Shown: in pieces, positions 46,051 through 56,200 of the stretch
How positions within the stretch are numbered: the stretch's first letter is position 1
Layout of the letters: the number at the start of each line of letters is the position of its first letter
Source of the DNA: an uncultured delta proteobacterium
GTDB taxonomy: Bacteria; Desulfobacterota; WTBG01; CAIYCZ01; CAIRTM01
DNA: 64,000 nt
Assembly: GCA_963804955.1 (NCBI GenBank)
Contig: CAWDSQ010000022.1
Location: 1 to 64,000 of the forward strand
Direction: 5' to 3'
Made by a program: the position numbers and the translations under genes
The notes under the pieces: model-generated
Database searches by the model: none
What the model was told of the DNA's origin: nothing
Seen by the model: only the letters and a program-made list of their open reading frames with translations

Positions 46051-47502
46051 TTATTTAATTTTAGTGATAATGGCGAAAAATATTACCCCTGACTCTTCCC
46101 GCTCAATGCTGATAGAAATGTTTTCAGCACCCATGGATGCATTAATTAACGTGATCAGCTCATCTTCATTGCGGGGAATGAAATACCAGTCGCCGTACCA
46201 GTTGAGCGCTATGGGCCGGTGAGAATCTTTATCCTTATAGGCAACAACCAGCTTGCCGCCGGCTTTGAGCTTTGCGTACGAATCGCTGAATATTTTTTTA
46301 AGCATCCGGTCCTGCAGGTAATCTGCAATGCCGATGCTGTATATCATATCCACGCTGCCGTCAGGCCCAAGGTCAAGCGCTTCAAGGCGAAGTATGTTGC
46401 CCTGCACAAGCTCAACATGTATGTTGCCCGTAGTGATCTCAGACAGCGTCTGCCGGGAATACTCAAGGGCGATCGGGTCCTGATCAACACAGGTAATGGT
46501 TACACAGCCGGGGTGGCTTAGCGGGCGCCGGAACATTTCGCGGATATCCCTGCATGCCCCGCTTGCAAGATTGATAATATGAAGCGATTGTTCCCTGCTT
46601 GCACCAATAAAATCATAGAGGATGTCCCGCATCTTATCTTTGCGGCGCCGGATCGCAACCGCATAGGGAACGTCAAGGCCATACCGGTCGATATACTGGC
46701 CGATGCCGCTTGACAGTTCGAGATTGTTGTAGACGCCCTCAAGCATTTTGAAATCGCCGGGATAGCCGTGAGGTTTTTCAAAGCCCCGCTTAAACACGGC
46801 CGACTGGTAGATAAAATGCCCCAGCAGCAGGCGCACCCTGTTTTTGATGTCGCTGTTCAGGGAGGGGTTATCAAGGCAGCTTTCAAGCCGGTCTCCGGCC
46901 TCCACAAGGCTGTCAAGCGTTGCATTGCATTCAGCCTGAATGAGCGCGCCGGGCCGCCCCTGGGATATCATGGTATCTATATCTATAAGGCTTTCAAGGG
47001 CAAGCCGTACATCAATCATGAAAAAAGTCTTTATTTCAGTGACCGCCGCACTATCGCCCGCTCTGCGCGCAACGGCTTCGGCATGGCTCAGCAAAAGAGG
47101 TTCGTTCAGCAGAAATCGTTTTCGCAGCTCGCTGCGCTCCTGAATCGAGAGGTCCAGAAAGGTAACTCCGTATTGCCCGCTGCCGCCATTATCGCTTTCT
47201 TCAGACCAGATTCTTTTACACGAGAGCTTTTTATTGCTTAGAAAAGGCACGCCCATGGTAAACAGGGAAGCTCCGTTCCCGGGAGCCCTGTCCATCTCGA
47301 TGCGGGCGCCGGTATCACTTATGTCCTGCAGCGAGCCATACAAGACTTCATCCCCTTCATGTATAAAGGTGAGGGTGTTCAGCCCGATGCGGTATGCCCC
47401 TCTGCGGTCAAAGTTTCGCCTTTGCCGTGTCCTGATGAAAGGATTGGTTCTTCTGTCTCCGAGTTGAGCCCACGTCCCAGCCTGTTCAGCCTGTTTCAGC
47501 AT
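46051..47502 (-). CDS. PilZ domain + class I SAM methyltransferase (PhcB-like)
   Basis: 'RRGAYR' and 'DISDTG' PilZ motifs; 'KPHGYPGDF', 'NLASGACRD', 'VDQD', 'YSIGIADYL'. Confidence 0.75.
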   Translation of the reverse strand: MLKQAEQAGTWAQLGDRRTNPFIRTRQRRNFDRRGAYRIGLNTLTFIHEGDEVLYGSLQDISDTGARIEMDRAPGNGASLFTMGVPFLSNKKLSCKRIWSEESDNGGSGQYGVTFLDLSIQERSELRKRFLLNEPLLLSHAEAVARRAGDSAAVTEIKTFFMIDVRLALESLIDIDTMISQGRPGALIQAECNATLDSLVEAGDRLESCLDNPSLNSDIKNRVRLLLGHFIYQSAVFKRGFEKPHGYPGDFKMLEGVYNNLELSSGIGQYIDRYGLDVPYAVAIRRRKDKMRDILYDFIGASREQSLHIINLASGACRDIREMFRRPLSHPGCVTITCVDQDPIALEYSRQTLSEITTGNIHVELVQGNILRLEALDLGPDGSVDMIYSIGIADYLQDRMLKKIFSDSYAKLKAGGKLVVAYKDKDSHRPIALNWYGDWYFIPRNEDELITLINASMGAENISISIEREESGVIFFAIITKIK

Positions 47503-47657
47503 GCCTTTGCTCCTTTTTTCAGTTGATAAAAGAAGAATAACCTCTTGATAGATAATTAGAATCGACAATGCCTCATGGCTAAAAACACCCGCCGGTAAAG
47601 GTTCCATGCGGCGGATACGCAACGCCTCTGCAGGTGAAGCTTACATGCCGATGGCCG

Positions 47658-47673
47658 TGCAGTCATAATGCCA
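47658..47673 (-). promoter_or_regulatory. Possible sigma54 promoter
   Basis: TGGCATTATGACTGCA (GG-N10-GC) about 155 bp upstream of the PilZ-methyltransferase. Confidence 0.45.
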
Positions 47674-48019
47674 TGCGAGCTGCTTTTTTTTGCACTGCCT
47701 GACGTTCATAGCGCACTGCTTTGCCCTGTTCGCAGAATCATGGTCCAGGGGCTGTGCAGGTAAAGCAGACACAGTAAATCAGTAGTAATTATCGGAACTT
47801 TCCGGCATCTCTTTAATTTAAATGGTGCGCGCTGCACGATGCCGGCGCAGTCCGGTTCCGGAGGGCAGCAAGCATGAAGTTTCGATACGAGGCAGCGATA
47901 AACAGGGTTGATAAGGATTGACAAAATAAAATCCGTTTTTCTAGAAAACGTACAAATAGTATTTAGTGCAAACGTATTGTTCTTGCCTGCTTAAAAAAAG
48001 TCGAAGCCTTGCTGTCGAA

Positions 48020-49304
48020 TCAAAAAAGCGCAGGCTGTTTGACTCGTCGCTCGCCTGCCGATACTATGCCCACAGTGCCGTACTCGCCGTCATAGCCGGG
48101 GTTGATGTCAACCTGGCCGCTGCGCATTCTATCGATGGCCTCGGCAAGCAGATTCCCATCCTGCTGCGCGCAGACCGGCGGTGGGGCAGGCGCGGAGGAT
48201 GGACAGTTCGCTGCCGTAGCGGACGAGCAGTTTTTCATAGTCATTTTTGACGCGGTTGGTGTTAACGCCCATGCCATGCACTTCGGCAATAATTTCGGCA
48301 AGGGGTATAAGGCTCTCAAAGCCTGCCGCCTGCGCCGGCCGAAAGCCTGCATCGCGGTCGGCAAGCAGGCTCACCCTGTGCATGACGCCCACGGTTACCT
48401 TGCGTCCGCAGACCGGGCACAGGCCATCGTGCTTGCGCGTCTCCTGCGGCGTGAGGCGTGTATCGCAGGCCCGGTGACCGTCGAGATGATATTTGCCCTC
48501 TTCAGGAAAAAACTCCAATGTGCCCTTAAAGCCGGCAGGGTCTTTATCGCGCAGGCTTTTCATCATGGCCGGATAGGTCATATCGCAGGCAAAGATGTTT
48601 GCCTCACGGGCAAGCTTTGCGGGGGAATGGGCATCGGAGTTTGACACGAGCGCGAACCGGTCCAGGGTCGACAGCATCCAGTTCATGGCCGGGTCTGATG
48701 ACAGGCCCGTTTCAAGGGCGAAAATCTCAGGCGTCAAATCCTCAAAGCACTCGTCGATGGAGTCAAAGCCGCTTGCCGCGCCGAGCACGGAGAAATGCGG
48801 CGTCCAGATATGGGCCGGTATGAGAACATTGTCGGGCGATGCCGCAAGGGCGAACTCAAGCAGCCGCTTACAGTCCATGCCGATAATAGGCCTGCCGTCG
48901 GAGGTGATATTAGCGCCGATTTCCTGCAGCCGGGCATTGAGCTTTCCTGCTCCGGCAAAGTCTGGCGAAAGAATTACGCTGTGCACCTTGCGCGTGCGGT
49001 CATTTTTTTTATAGATAGTGCTCACCTCGGCGCTCAGCACGAACCTCACCGGCGCGCGGCATGATTCGGGAATATCGGCATCAATAGGCGCGCACAGAGC
49101 GTCTTTCAACTTATACAGGCCGGGCTCGGCAGGCTCCATCTTCTCCTGCATCTCGGCAAACCAGCGAGGGTGGGTGAAATCGCCCGTTGCCACCACGGCA
49201 AGACCCTTAAGCTGCGCCCACCGGTACAGCGATTCAAGGTTCATGTCTTTGCTTGTAGCGCGCGAATAGGCGGAATGTATATGCAGATCGGCGATGAATT
49301 CCAT
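48020..49304 (-). CDS. Endonuclease Q family (PHP domain + Zn finger), frameshifted near the 3' end
   Basis: 'ADLHIHSAYSRATS', 'TGDFTHP', 'PAHIWTP', 'SNSDAHS', 'GKYHLDGH', 'CPVCG', 'PGYDGEYG'. Confidence 0.9.
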
Positions 49305-49589
49305 GCGTGCTCCTGTTGTTTAGCTGTTTGAAAGGCCATAGGAGCATAGCAATATGCCGCCGGCCGTTCAACTGAAATTATCGTCAGCGCCGGCGACATG
49401 GCGGATTGAATTATGGAACGTATTTTGATACGTTCCTCAAAATTACCAAACAGTTCAATTTTTTCATGTTGATGATAGCTGCTTCCTTGCTTGTTTAGCG
49501 CTTGACTCAGGGTGTGGCCGTGATCCCCTGCCGGCTTGACAGCCCCGCCAATTGTTCTATACTCTTCAGAAAAAAGAAAGAAGGTGTCT

Positions 49590-49931
49590 ATGTTTCTGCT
49601 GCGCGTTATCTGCACCATGGTGGCGATTCTCATCATCGCCTATATGTTCCCGTCAATTATGTGGGTCGAAGGGGTGGCGTCGGCCCTTGCGGCGGCCTTT
49701 ATACTGGGCATTGTGAACGCCATTGTCAGGCCCGTGCTCATTATTCTCACGCTGCCCATAACGCTTCTGAGCATGGGATTTTTTCTGCTCATCATAAACG
49801 GCCTCATGCTGGGCCTGGCTGCTTTTTTCGTGCCGGGATTCCATGTCAATGGCCTGCTCGGAGCAGTGATAGGCTCGGTGCTGGTGAGCATTGTCAGTTG
49901 GATTCTCTCGGCCACAGTAGGCGATAAATAA
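49590..49931 (+). CDS. 4-TM membrane protein, YvlD/DUF360 ('phage holin family')
   Basis: 'GIVNAIVRPVLIILTLPITLLSMGFFLLIING'. Confidence 0.88.
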   Translation: MFLLRVICTMVAILIIAYMFPSIMWVEGVASALAAAFILGIVNAIVRPVLIILTLPITLLSMGFFLLIINGLMLGLAAFFVPGFHVNGLLGAVIGSVLVSIVSWILSATVGDK

Positions 49932-49968
49932 TATCCTGGCCACGAGATCTGCAGCAAACGGCTATGCC

Positions 49969-50457
49969 ATGGCAAAAGAAAAAACCCCGGTAACTCCTGC
50001 AGTGCGCGCCCTGCGCGCGGCAAAGGTTGCCTTCACGGACCATCTGTATGCCTATGAAGACCACGGCGGCACGGCACTGTCCGCCCGCGAGCTTGGCGTG
50101 GATGAGCACTGCGTCGTCAAGACCATTGTTATGGAGGATGACCGGAAAAAGCCCCTTATCGTGCTCATGCACGGCAATCTGGAGGTATCGGGCAAACAGC
50201 TTGCCCGCCTCACCGGAGCCCGCAGCATTACCGCCTGCACCCCTGAAGCGGCAAACAAGCATACGGGCTATCTTGTCGGGGGCACCTCGCCTTTCGGCAC
50301 GCGCAGCACCATGCCGATCTACATGGAAGAGACCATTCTTGCCCTTCCCCGCATATACATAAACGGCGGCAAGCGCGGCTATCTGGTGGGCATGGACCCC
50401 AAAGATGCGGAGCGCATGCTGAACCCAAAACTGGTAAACGTCGGGCTTGAAAAATGA
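49969..50457 (+). CDS. ybaK: Cys-tRNA(Pro) deacylase YbaK
   Basis: 'TPAVRAL', 'VVKT', 'TGYLVGGTSPFG', 'INGGKRG'. Confidence 0.92.
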   Translation: MAKEKTPVTPAVRALRAAKVAFTDHLYAYEDHGGTALSARELGVDEHCVVKTIVMEDDRKKPLIVLMHGNLEVSGKQLARLTGARSITACTPEAANKHTGYLVGGTSPFGTRSTMPIYMEETILALPRIYINGGKRGYLVGMDPKDAERMLNPKLVNVGLEK

Positions 50458-50549
50458 AGTCCTTGTGAAAAATTAAAGAAGTTGTCATTGACACGTCCGG
50501 GGCTTTTTACGAAAGCACCAAAAACAATCTGCTGAAAGAGGCTTTGTTT

Positions 50550-51443
50550 ATGGAAAAAATAGGTTTCATCGGCCTTGGCATCATGGGTACGCCCATGGCC
50601 CTCAATATCCGAAAAGCAGGCTATCCGCTCTGCGTCTGGAACCGCAACCCGGCAAAGGCTATACCGTTCAATAATCTCGGCATTATGGTTTGTGCCACAC
50701 CTGCCGAGGTTGCGGCAGCCTGTGATGTTCTGGTCATTATGGTATTCGGCCCGGAGGCGCTGCATGATGTGCTTCATGGCGATTACGGCCTGTGTGAGAG
50801 GCTCAAGCCGGGCTGCACGGTTATCAACATGAGCACGGTGTCGCGCGAGGCGACTCTGGCTGCGGCTGCTGCTGTTGAGGCCTGCGGCGGAGTGTTTGTC
50901 GATGCGCCGGTTGCCGGCAGCAAAAAGCCGGCTGAAGACGGCGCGCTGACGATTCTTGCGGGCGGCGAGAAGGCGGTGATCGACCGCATGACGCCCCTTC
51001 TCAATACCATGGGCAGAGTGGTTATCTACTGCGGCCCCACGGGGCAGGGCACGGCCATGAAGCTTTTTATCAACCTGTTCCTGGGCACCCTCATGCAGTC
51101 CCTTGCCGAGGGCCTTTGCGTGGGCGCGAAGATGGGGCTTGGCATCTCCGACATGCTGGCTGTGATTGAAAACAGCGCTGTCGCCTGCCCCCTGTTTAAG
51201 GTAAAAGGGGCAGCTATCGCCAGCGGCGATTTCAGTAAAAACTTTTCAGTTGATCTTATCTTTAAAGATTTGGCCCTGCTGCTGGAGGCAGCAGATAAAC
51301 TGGGCGTTCCTCTGCCCCTGACCGCCGCGGCATGCGAGGCATTCTCAGGCGCACGGGCAATGAAATTTGGCGACCAGGACATGGCAGCGGTCATTAAGGT
51401 AATTGAGGCGGTTACGGGTTCCCGGGTTAGAGCTCCAGTATAA
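50550..51443 (+). CDS. NAD(P)-dependent oxidoreductase, 3-hydroxyisobutyrate dehydrogenase family
   Basis: 'IGFIGLGIMG', 'VDAPVAGS', 'MKLFIN', 'KDL'. Confidence 0.92.
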   Translation: MEKIGFIGLGIMGTPMALNIRKAGYPLCVWNRNPAKAIPFNNLGIMVCATPAEVAAACDVLVIMVFGPEALHDVLHGDYGLCERLKPGCTVINMSTVSREATLAAAAAVEACGGVFVDAPVAGSKKPAEDGALTILAGGEKAVIDRMTPLLNTMGRVVIYCGPTGQGTAMKLFINLFLGTLMQSLAEGLCVGAKMGLGISDMLAVIENSAVACPLFKVKGAAIASGDFSKNFSVDLIFKDLALLLEAADKLGVPLPLTAAACEAFSGARAMKFGDQDMAAVIKVIEAVTGSRVRAPV

Positions 51444-51932
51444 CAGCGGCGGGTGAATCCTCCGCGGCGGACGAACCCGCCATGACGATACAATGAAGCA
51501 CATGATGAGCTGTAATATGAGGACCTTTCAGTCAATAAGAATCTCTGTATAGAAAAAACCTGGCGAACTTGAGCCGAAGGAAAAAAGTGGCAAAGCAGTG
51601 CAGGGCGGAGTTGCGGCTTGACTCATGACTTTGAATGCTGCGTAACACACTATCGTGTCCCGTGCTGCTCTTCCAGAAATTCCCATTACGGCTCTAAATG
51701 AACTCATTACACCAGACTATACATGGCCACCGGGTCATCTGCCGTGTTGGATTCGATGATACATTCGATTTTTCTGTTGCGTGCTCTCGGCGCACCACTT
51801 CGCAGTTGATTTTTTCCTGCTTTTCCTCTATATCTGTGCACCTGCCCAACGGCTGTGGAAATAGTCTTAAAATCCGTCTCTGCGGCTTTTTGAGGTATTT
51901 GTAAAGACAGTATCCGAATAAAGGAGATAATC

Positions 51933-52826
51933 ATGTCAAACGGCGTTGTTCTCAAAACAGATTTTACCGGCCTCACGCTTATCAACCGGGGCAAGGTGCG
52001 CGATCTCTATGACCTTGGAGACAGCCTGCTCATCGTTTCCACGGACCGCATATCGGCCTTCGACGTGATACTTCCGAACGGCGTTCCGCGCAAGGGTGAA
52101 GTGCTCAATAAAATGTCCATTTTCTGGTTCGCGCAGGTGCGGGACATCGTCCCTAACCACATTATCACAACCGATGTGAGCCGTTTTCCTGCTGCCTGCC
52201 TGCCCTATGCCGATGTGCTGGCGGGACGCAGCATGGTTGTGAAAAAGGCAAAGCCCCTGCCCATCGAGTGCATCGTGCGCGGCTATATTTCCGGCTCGGG
52301 CTGGAAGGATTACCAGAAAACCGGCGCCGTCTGCGGCATCAGGCTGCCGGCGGGGCTGCGCGAATCAGAGGTGCTGCCCCAGCCCATCTTCACGCCATCG
52401 ACCAAGGCCGATGTCGGCGTTCATGATGAAAACATAAGCTTTGAAGAGGCCTGCAAAACCGTGGGCGCCGAGCTGGCAGGGTCGGTGCGCGATCTTGCGA
52501 TTGCCGTGTACCTGCAGGCCCGGCAGGTGGCGGAGAAGCGCGGCATCATCATCGCCGATACGAAAATGGAATTCGGCACGCTTGATGGAAAGGTTATCCT
52601 GATCGATGAGCTGCTCACGCCCGACTCCTCGCGCTTCTGGCCGCAGGACTCATACGCGCCCGGCCGTTCGCAGAACAGCTACGACAAGCAGTTCGTACGA
52701 GACTACCTGCTCTCCCTTGACTGGGATCAGAAAGCGCCTGCGCCGAACCTTCCTGCGGATATTATCGAGAAAACCTCGAATCGCTATATCGAGGCATATC
52801 GCAGGCTCACGGGCACAGAGCTGTAG
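51933..52826 (+). CDS. purC: Phosphoribosylaminoimidazolesuccinocarboxamide synthase
   Basis: 'GKVRDLY', 'TDRISAFD', 'ECIVRGY', 'ADTKMEFG', '[12 protein letters not shown]'. Confidence 0.97.
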   Translation: MSNGVVLKTDFTGLTLINRGKVRDLYDLGDSLLIVSTDRISAFDVILPNGVPRKGEVLNKMSIFWFAQVRDIVPNHIITTDVSRFPAACLPYADVLAGRSMVVKKAKPLPIECIVRGYISGSGWKDYQKTGAVCGIRLPAGLRESEVLPQPIFTPSTKADVGVHDENISFEEACKTVGAELAGSVRDLAIAVYLQARQVAEKRGIIIADTKMEFGTLDGKVILIDELLTPDSSRFWPQDSYAPGRSQNSYDKQFVRDYLLSLDWDQKAPAPNLPADIIEKTSNRYIEAYRRLTGTEL

Positions 52827-52836
52827 GGAATAAAAA

Positions 52837-52949
52837 CCAGAAATCAGAATTCAGTAGCCAGAATCCAGAATAAAAGGCACAGAGGCTTCAGGGAGTTTAT
52901 TTTTTTTCTGGCTCTGGCTCTGGCTTCTGAATTCCGACTTCTGAATTCT
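52837..52949. repeat. Inverted heptamer arrays (CAGAATT-like / TTCTGAA-like)
   Basis: CCAGAAATCAGAATTCAGTAGCCAGAATCCAGAAT ... TTCTGGCTCTGGCTCTGGCTTCTGAATTCCGACTTCTGAATTCT. Confidence 0.7.
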
Positions 52950-52991
52950 TTTTTATCGACAGACCTGCTATAACCGTGGCATATAAAAGCC

Positions 52992-54108
52992 ATGGGGTCA
53001 CACACCACCATCCTGTATCTCATTACCGCAACAAATGCGGGCGGCACGGAGAAAGCGCTCTGGGAGCTTGTGCGCAGGCTGGATGCCGGCCGCTTCAAAG
53101 CCCATGTCTGCTCTCTGAAAAAACCCGGCATTTTCGGACCCCGCCTTGCCTCTGCTGCTGTTGGTTTTTATACCCTTGCGCTTCCCGAGGCCGGCGGCCT
53201 CAGGGCCGCTCTGAATTTTTTGCCGGCCTGTGTCCGCCTGGCGGGCCTTGTGCGCAGGGTGAAGCCGGATATCATCCACTCTTTTCTTTTTCGCGCCAAT
53301 ATCTGCGGCAGGCTTGCCGGCAGGGTACTCGGGGTGCCGATTATTATTTCCTCCCTGCGCGTAACCGAAGCTGAAATTCTGCCGCATCTTGTTGACCGCA
53401 TGACCGCAGGAATGGTAGATGCATACACGGCGGTTTCAGAGGCGGTGAGGCAGGAGGCGATTAGCCGTGCAGGCATTGCCCCTGAAAAAATCATCACGAT
53501 TCCCAATGGCATTGAGTGTCCCGACCTGCTGCATGAACCCGCTGCAGCTGAACATTCGGGCTCTTTTACTATAGCCCTGCCCGGCCGGTTTCACCGTCAG
53601 AAAGGGCATGCGGTTCTGCTGCATGCCCTGAAGCGTATGGCCGGTCAGGAGCCACCGGCGCAGGCCTTTTTTTGGGGTGAAGGCCCTGATGCAGCGGCGC
53701 TTGAAAAAATGGCCTTTGATCTGGGCATTGCAGACCGTGTGCGTTTTATGGGCGTTGTCGATAATCCCATTGAGGCAATGGCAGGCATGGATGCAATCGT
53801 GCTGCCGTCGCTGTGGGAAGGCATGCCCAATGCCGTGCTTGAGGCCATGGCCGCAGGCAAGCCCGTTGTGGCATCGCGCATTGCCGGGATGGATGAGCTG
53901 GTGCAGGATGGCAGTTACAGGCCTGCTCTGCGAGCCGGGCAATGCCGAAGAGCTGGCAGCAGCCCTGCGGCGGCTTGCCAGCGACCGGCAGCTCGCCTGT
54001 GCCATGGGCCAGGCGGGCCGAAGGCTCGCCAGAGAAAAATTTTCCATTGATGCCACTGTCGCAGCTACCGTCGGCCTGTATGATGAACTGCTCTGCGTTA
54101 AGAGGTGA
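52992..54108 (+). CDS. Glycosyltransferase family 4, frameshifted
   Basis: 'GGTEK', 'IPNGI', 'KGH', 'LPSLWEGMPNAVLEAMAAGKPVV'. Confidence 0.92.
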
Positions 54109-54214
54109 TTCCGGATTCCAGATTCAAGAAGGTGAAATAAATTCAAGATTCCGGATTCGAAATTCAAGATAGTTTTGGCTTTAGTTTTGAATCCTGAATC
54201 AGGAATTTTGAATC
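54107..54214. repeat. Inverted heptamer arrays (GATTCMR / TGAATC)
   Basis: GATTCCGGATTCCAGATTCAAG...ATTCAAGATTCCGGATTCGAAATTCAAG ... TTGAATCCTGAATCAGGAATTTTGAATC. Confidence 0.7.
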
Positions 54215-54250
54215 AAACATGTATCGTCTCTACACCAATGGAGAAGAACA

Positions 54251-55279
54251 ATGCAGCTGCTACGTATAGGGTTCTTAGGTGAATGTTTCTTTTCATTCAT
54301 TCTGGCCATTGGCCTGAGCCTGTATCTCACGCCCATTGTTATTGAGGCTGCCCTGAAATATGATATCGTCGACCGGCCCGACGGTAAGCTGAAAACCCAT
54401 GACCGGCCAACGGCTTACCTTGGAGGTCTTGCCGTCTACCTTGCATTTTTGTTTACCCTGGCCCTCACTTTCGACTTTTCAAGTGACGTGCTTGGCATCC
54501 TGCTTGCCGGATCCATGCTTGTCATGCTGGGCGTGATTGACGATCTGCGGCCCCTGGGTCCCGGGCTGAAACTGATCGGTCAGGCCGTGGCAGTGCTCGT
54601 TCTCATGCGGGCTGGGCTCTATATTAAAATAGCCGTGCTGCCGCCCGGCATTGCTCTTGTGCTCACCTTCTTCTGGCTCATGGCCACCATTAATGCCTTC
54701 AATATCATCGACATCATGGATGGCCTTGCCTCGGGCATTGCCTGCATAGCATCGGCTGTGCTTTTCATTGTGGCGCTTATCAACCGGGAAACCATGATGG
54801 CCATTCTTACCGTAGCACTGTGCGGAGCACTTATCGGCTTTCTGCGCTACAATAAGCGCCCCGCCCGCATTTATCTGGGAGACGCGGGCAGCATGCTTCT
54901 CGGGCTCACGCTGGGCGCCCTTGCCATGATGGGCCACTACTCGGAGCGCAATCACGTGGGCTATTTTGCCCCTCTGCTGATTCTTGGAGTACCCCTGTTC
55001 GACACGGCCTATGTTATGTTTCTTCGCTGGCGCAAAGGCCTATCAGTCATACAAGGCAGTCCTGATCATTTCGCGTTGCGGCTGCGGCGGGCGAACTGCT
55101 CGGTCTGGACAACGGTGCTTCTGTCCTGCTGCGCCGGCTGCGTACTGGGTCTGCTTGGTCTTGCCTGCATGCTCGTGCAAAGCCCTGGTGCAGCCATTGC
55201 CATTTTTGGGGCAACTGTATCGGCGCTGATTGTTTTCGGCATCTGCCTGTCGCGCATTGATATGACCTCGCAGGTGTAA
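54251..55279 (+). CDS. Undecaprenyl-phosphate GlcNAc-1-P transferase, WecA/TagO-like (MraY superfamily)
   Basis: 'LGGLA', 'GVIDD', 'NAFNIIDIMDGLA', 'IYLGDAGS'. Confidence 0.9.
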   Translation: MQLLRIGFLGECFFSFILAIGLSLYLTPIVIEAALKYDIVDRPDGKLKTHDRPTAYLGGLAVYLAFLFTLALTFDFSSDVLGILLAGSMLVMLGVIDDLRPLGPGLKLIGQAVAVLVLMRAGLYIKIAVLPPGIALVLTFFWLMATINAFNIIDIMDGLASGIACIASAVLFIVALINRETMMAILTVALCGALIGFLRYNKRPARIYLGDAGSMLLGLTLGALAMMGHYSERNHVGYFAPLLILGVPLFDTAYVMFLRWRKGLSVIQGSPDHFALRLRRANCSVWTTVLLSCCAGCVLGLLGLACMLVQSPGAAIAIFGATVSALIVFGICLSRIDMTSQV

Positions 55280-55284
55280 AACAG

Positions 55285-55956
55285 GTGAAGATAACCGATA
55301 CCATATGGCAGGTGGGCGGCGAGAGCCTGTCGGCAGCAGGGGATGGGGCTGTGTATCTTGCCCTGTTCGGAGCCCAGGCAGCAATCATCGATGCGGGCTG
55401 CGGCCACGGGCATAAAAAAATTGTGGCCAATATAAAACAAATTATCAGCCTGGCAGTGCCGATCAAATATCTTTTTCTCACGCATTGCCACTTTGATCAT
55501 ACCGGCGGCGCCGATGCACTGCGCAGGGAATTTGGCTGCAGCATCGTCGCCCATGAGCAGGATGCCGTTTTTCTTGAAACGGGCGACAGCGAGGTGACGG
55601 CTGCTTCCTGGTATCAGGCTGAGCTCAGGAAATTCAGAATACATCATAAAATTCAAGGAAGCAAAGAAACCTTTTCTGTGGGAAACGGCTCCATAACGGC
55701 CCTGCATGCGCCGGGCCATTCACCGGGGTCAGTGGTGCTGCTCACGGAAAGCCGGGGGGAGAAGGTTCTATTCGGCCAGGATGTCCATGGCCCGCTGCAT
55801 CCGTCGCTTCTGTCCAATCGCGTGGACTATATCTCCTCTCTTGCCATGCTGCTGGGGCTTGAGGCCGATATACTTTGCGAGGGCCATCTCGGCATCTACC
55901 GGGGCAGGGACAATGTGCGCCGGTTTATTCAGTCGTTTATTCCTGTTGCCGGCTAG
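55285..55956 (+). CDS. MBL-fold metallo-hydrolase
   Basis: 'THCHFDHTGG', 'PGHSPGS', 'GQD', 'CEGH'. Confidence 0.9.
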   Translation: MKITDTIWQVGGESLSAAGDGAVYLALFGAQAAIIDAGCGHGHKKIVANIKQIISLAVPIKYLFLTHCHFDHTGGADALRREFGCSIVAHEQDAVFLETGDSEVTAASWYQAELRKFRIHHKIQGSKETFSVGNGSITALHAPGHSPGSVVLLTESRGEKVLFGQDVHGPLHPSLLSNRVDYISSLAMLLGLEADILCEGHLGIYRGRDNVRRFIQSFIPVAG

Positions 55957-56013
55957 AGCTGGGGTCTAAATAGTGTCGCCTTCACACAACTACTTCTGAA
56001 AACACAAACTCGA

Positions 56014-56086
56014 TCCGTTCGCCCCGGGCCTGTCGAAGGGCTGAACGGTCGAATGCACGCAGGGCAACTTTCCGTTCATGGTTCGA
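56014..56086. repeat. Degenerate REP-like palindromic element
   Basis: TCCGTTCGCCCCGGGCCTGTCGAAGGGCTGAACGG ... TCCGTTCATGGTTCGA. Confidence 0.45.
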
Positions 56087-56112
56087 ACCCGTTTTTCTCC
56101 AAGAGCACCCAT

Positions 56113-56156
56113 AAAAAAGCCGGCCCCGCTGTTTTTTAGCAGGGCCGGCTTTCTTT
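56113..56156. terminator. Bidirectional intrinsic terminator
   Basis: A6-GCCGGCCC...GGGCCGGC-TTTCTTT between convergent genes. Confidence 0.8.
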
Positions 56157-56200
56157 GAAGATATTTTCTCCGTAAAGGGAGTATAAACGTACCGATCAGC

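Noticed and set aside
49590..49931. Prophage, suggested by the 'phage holin family' protein
   Set aside because: YvlD/DUF360 proteins are common chromosomal membrane proteins; neighbours are housekeeping genes, with no integrase or structural genes
51445..51930. Purine riboswitch or IS remnant upstream of purC
   Set aside because: Only one GC-rich hairpin (about 51448-51481); no recognisable aptamer consensus, terminal repeats or transposase motifs
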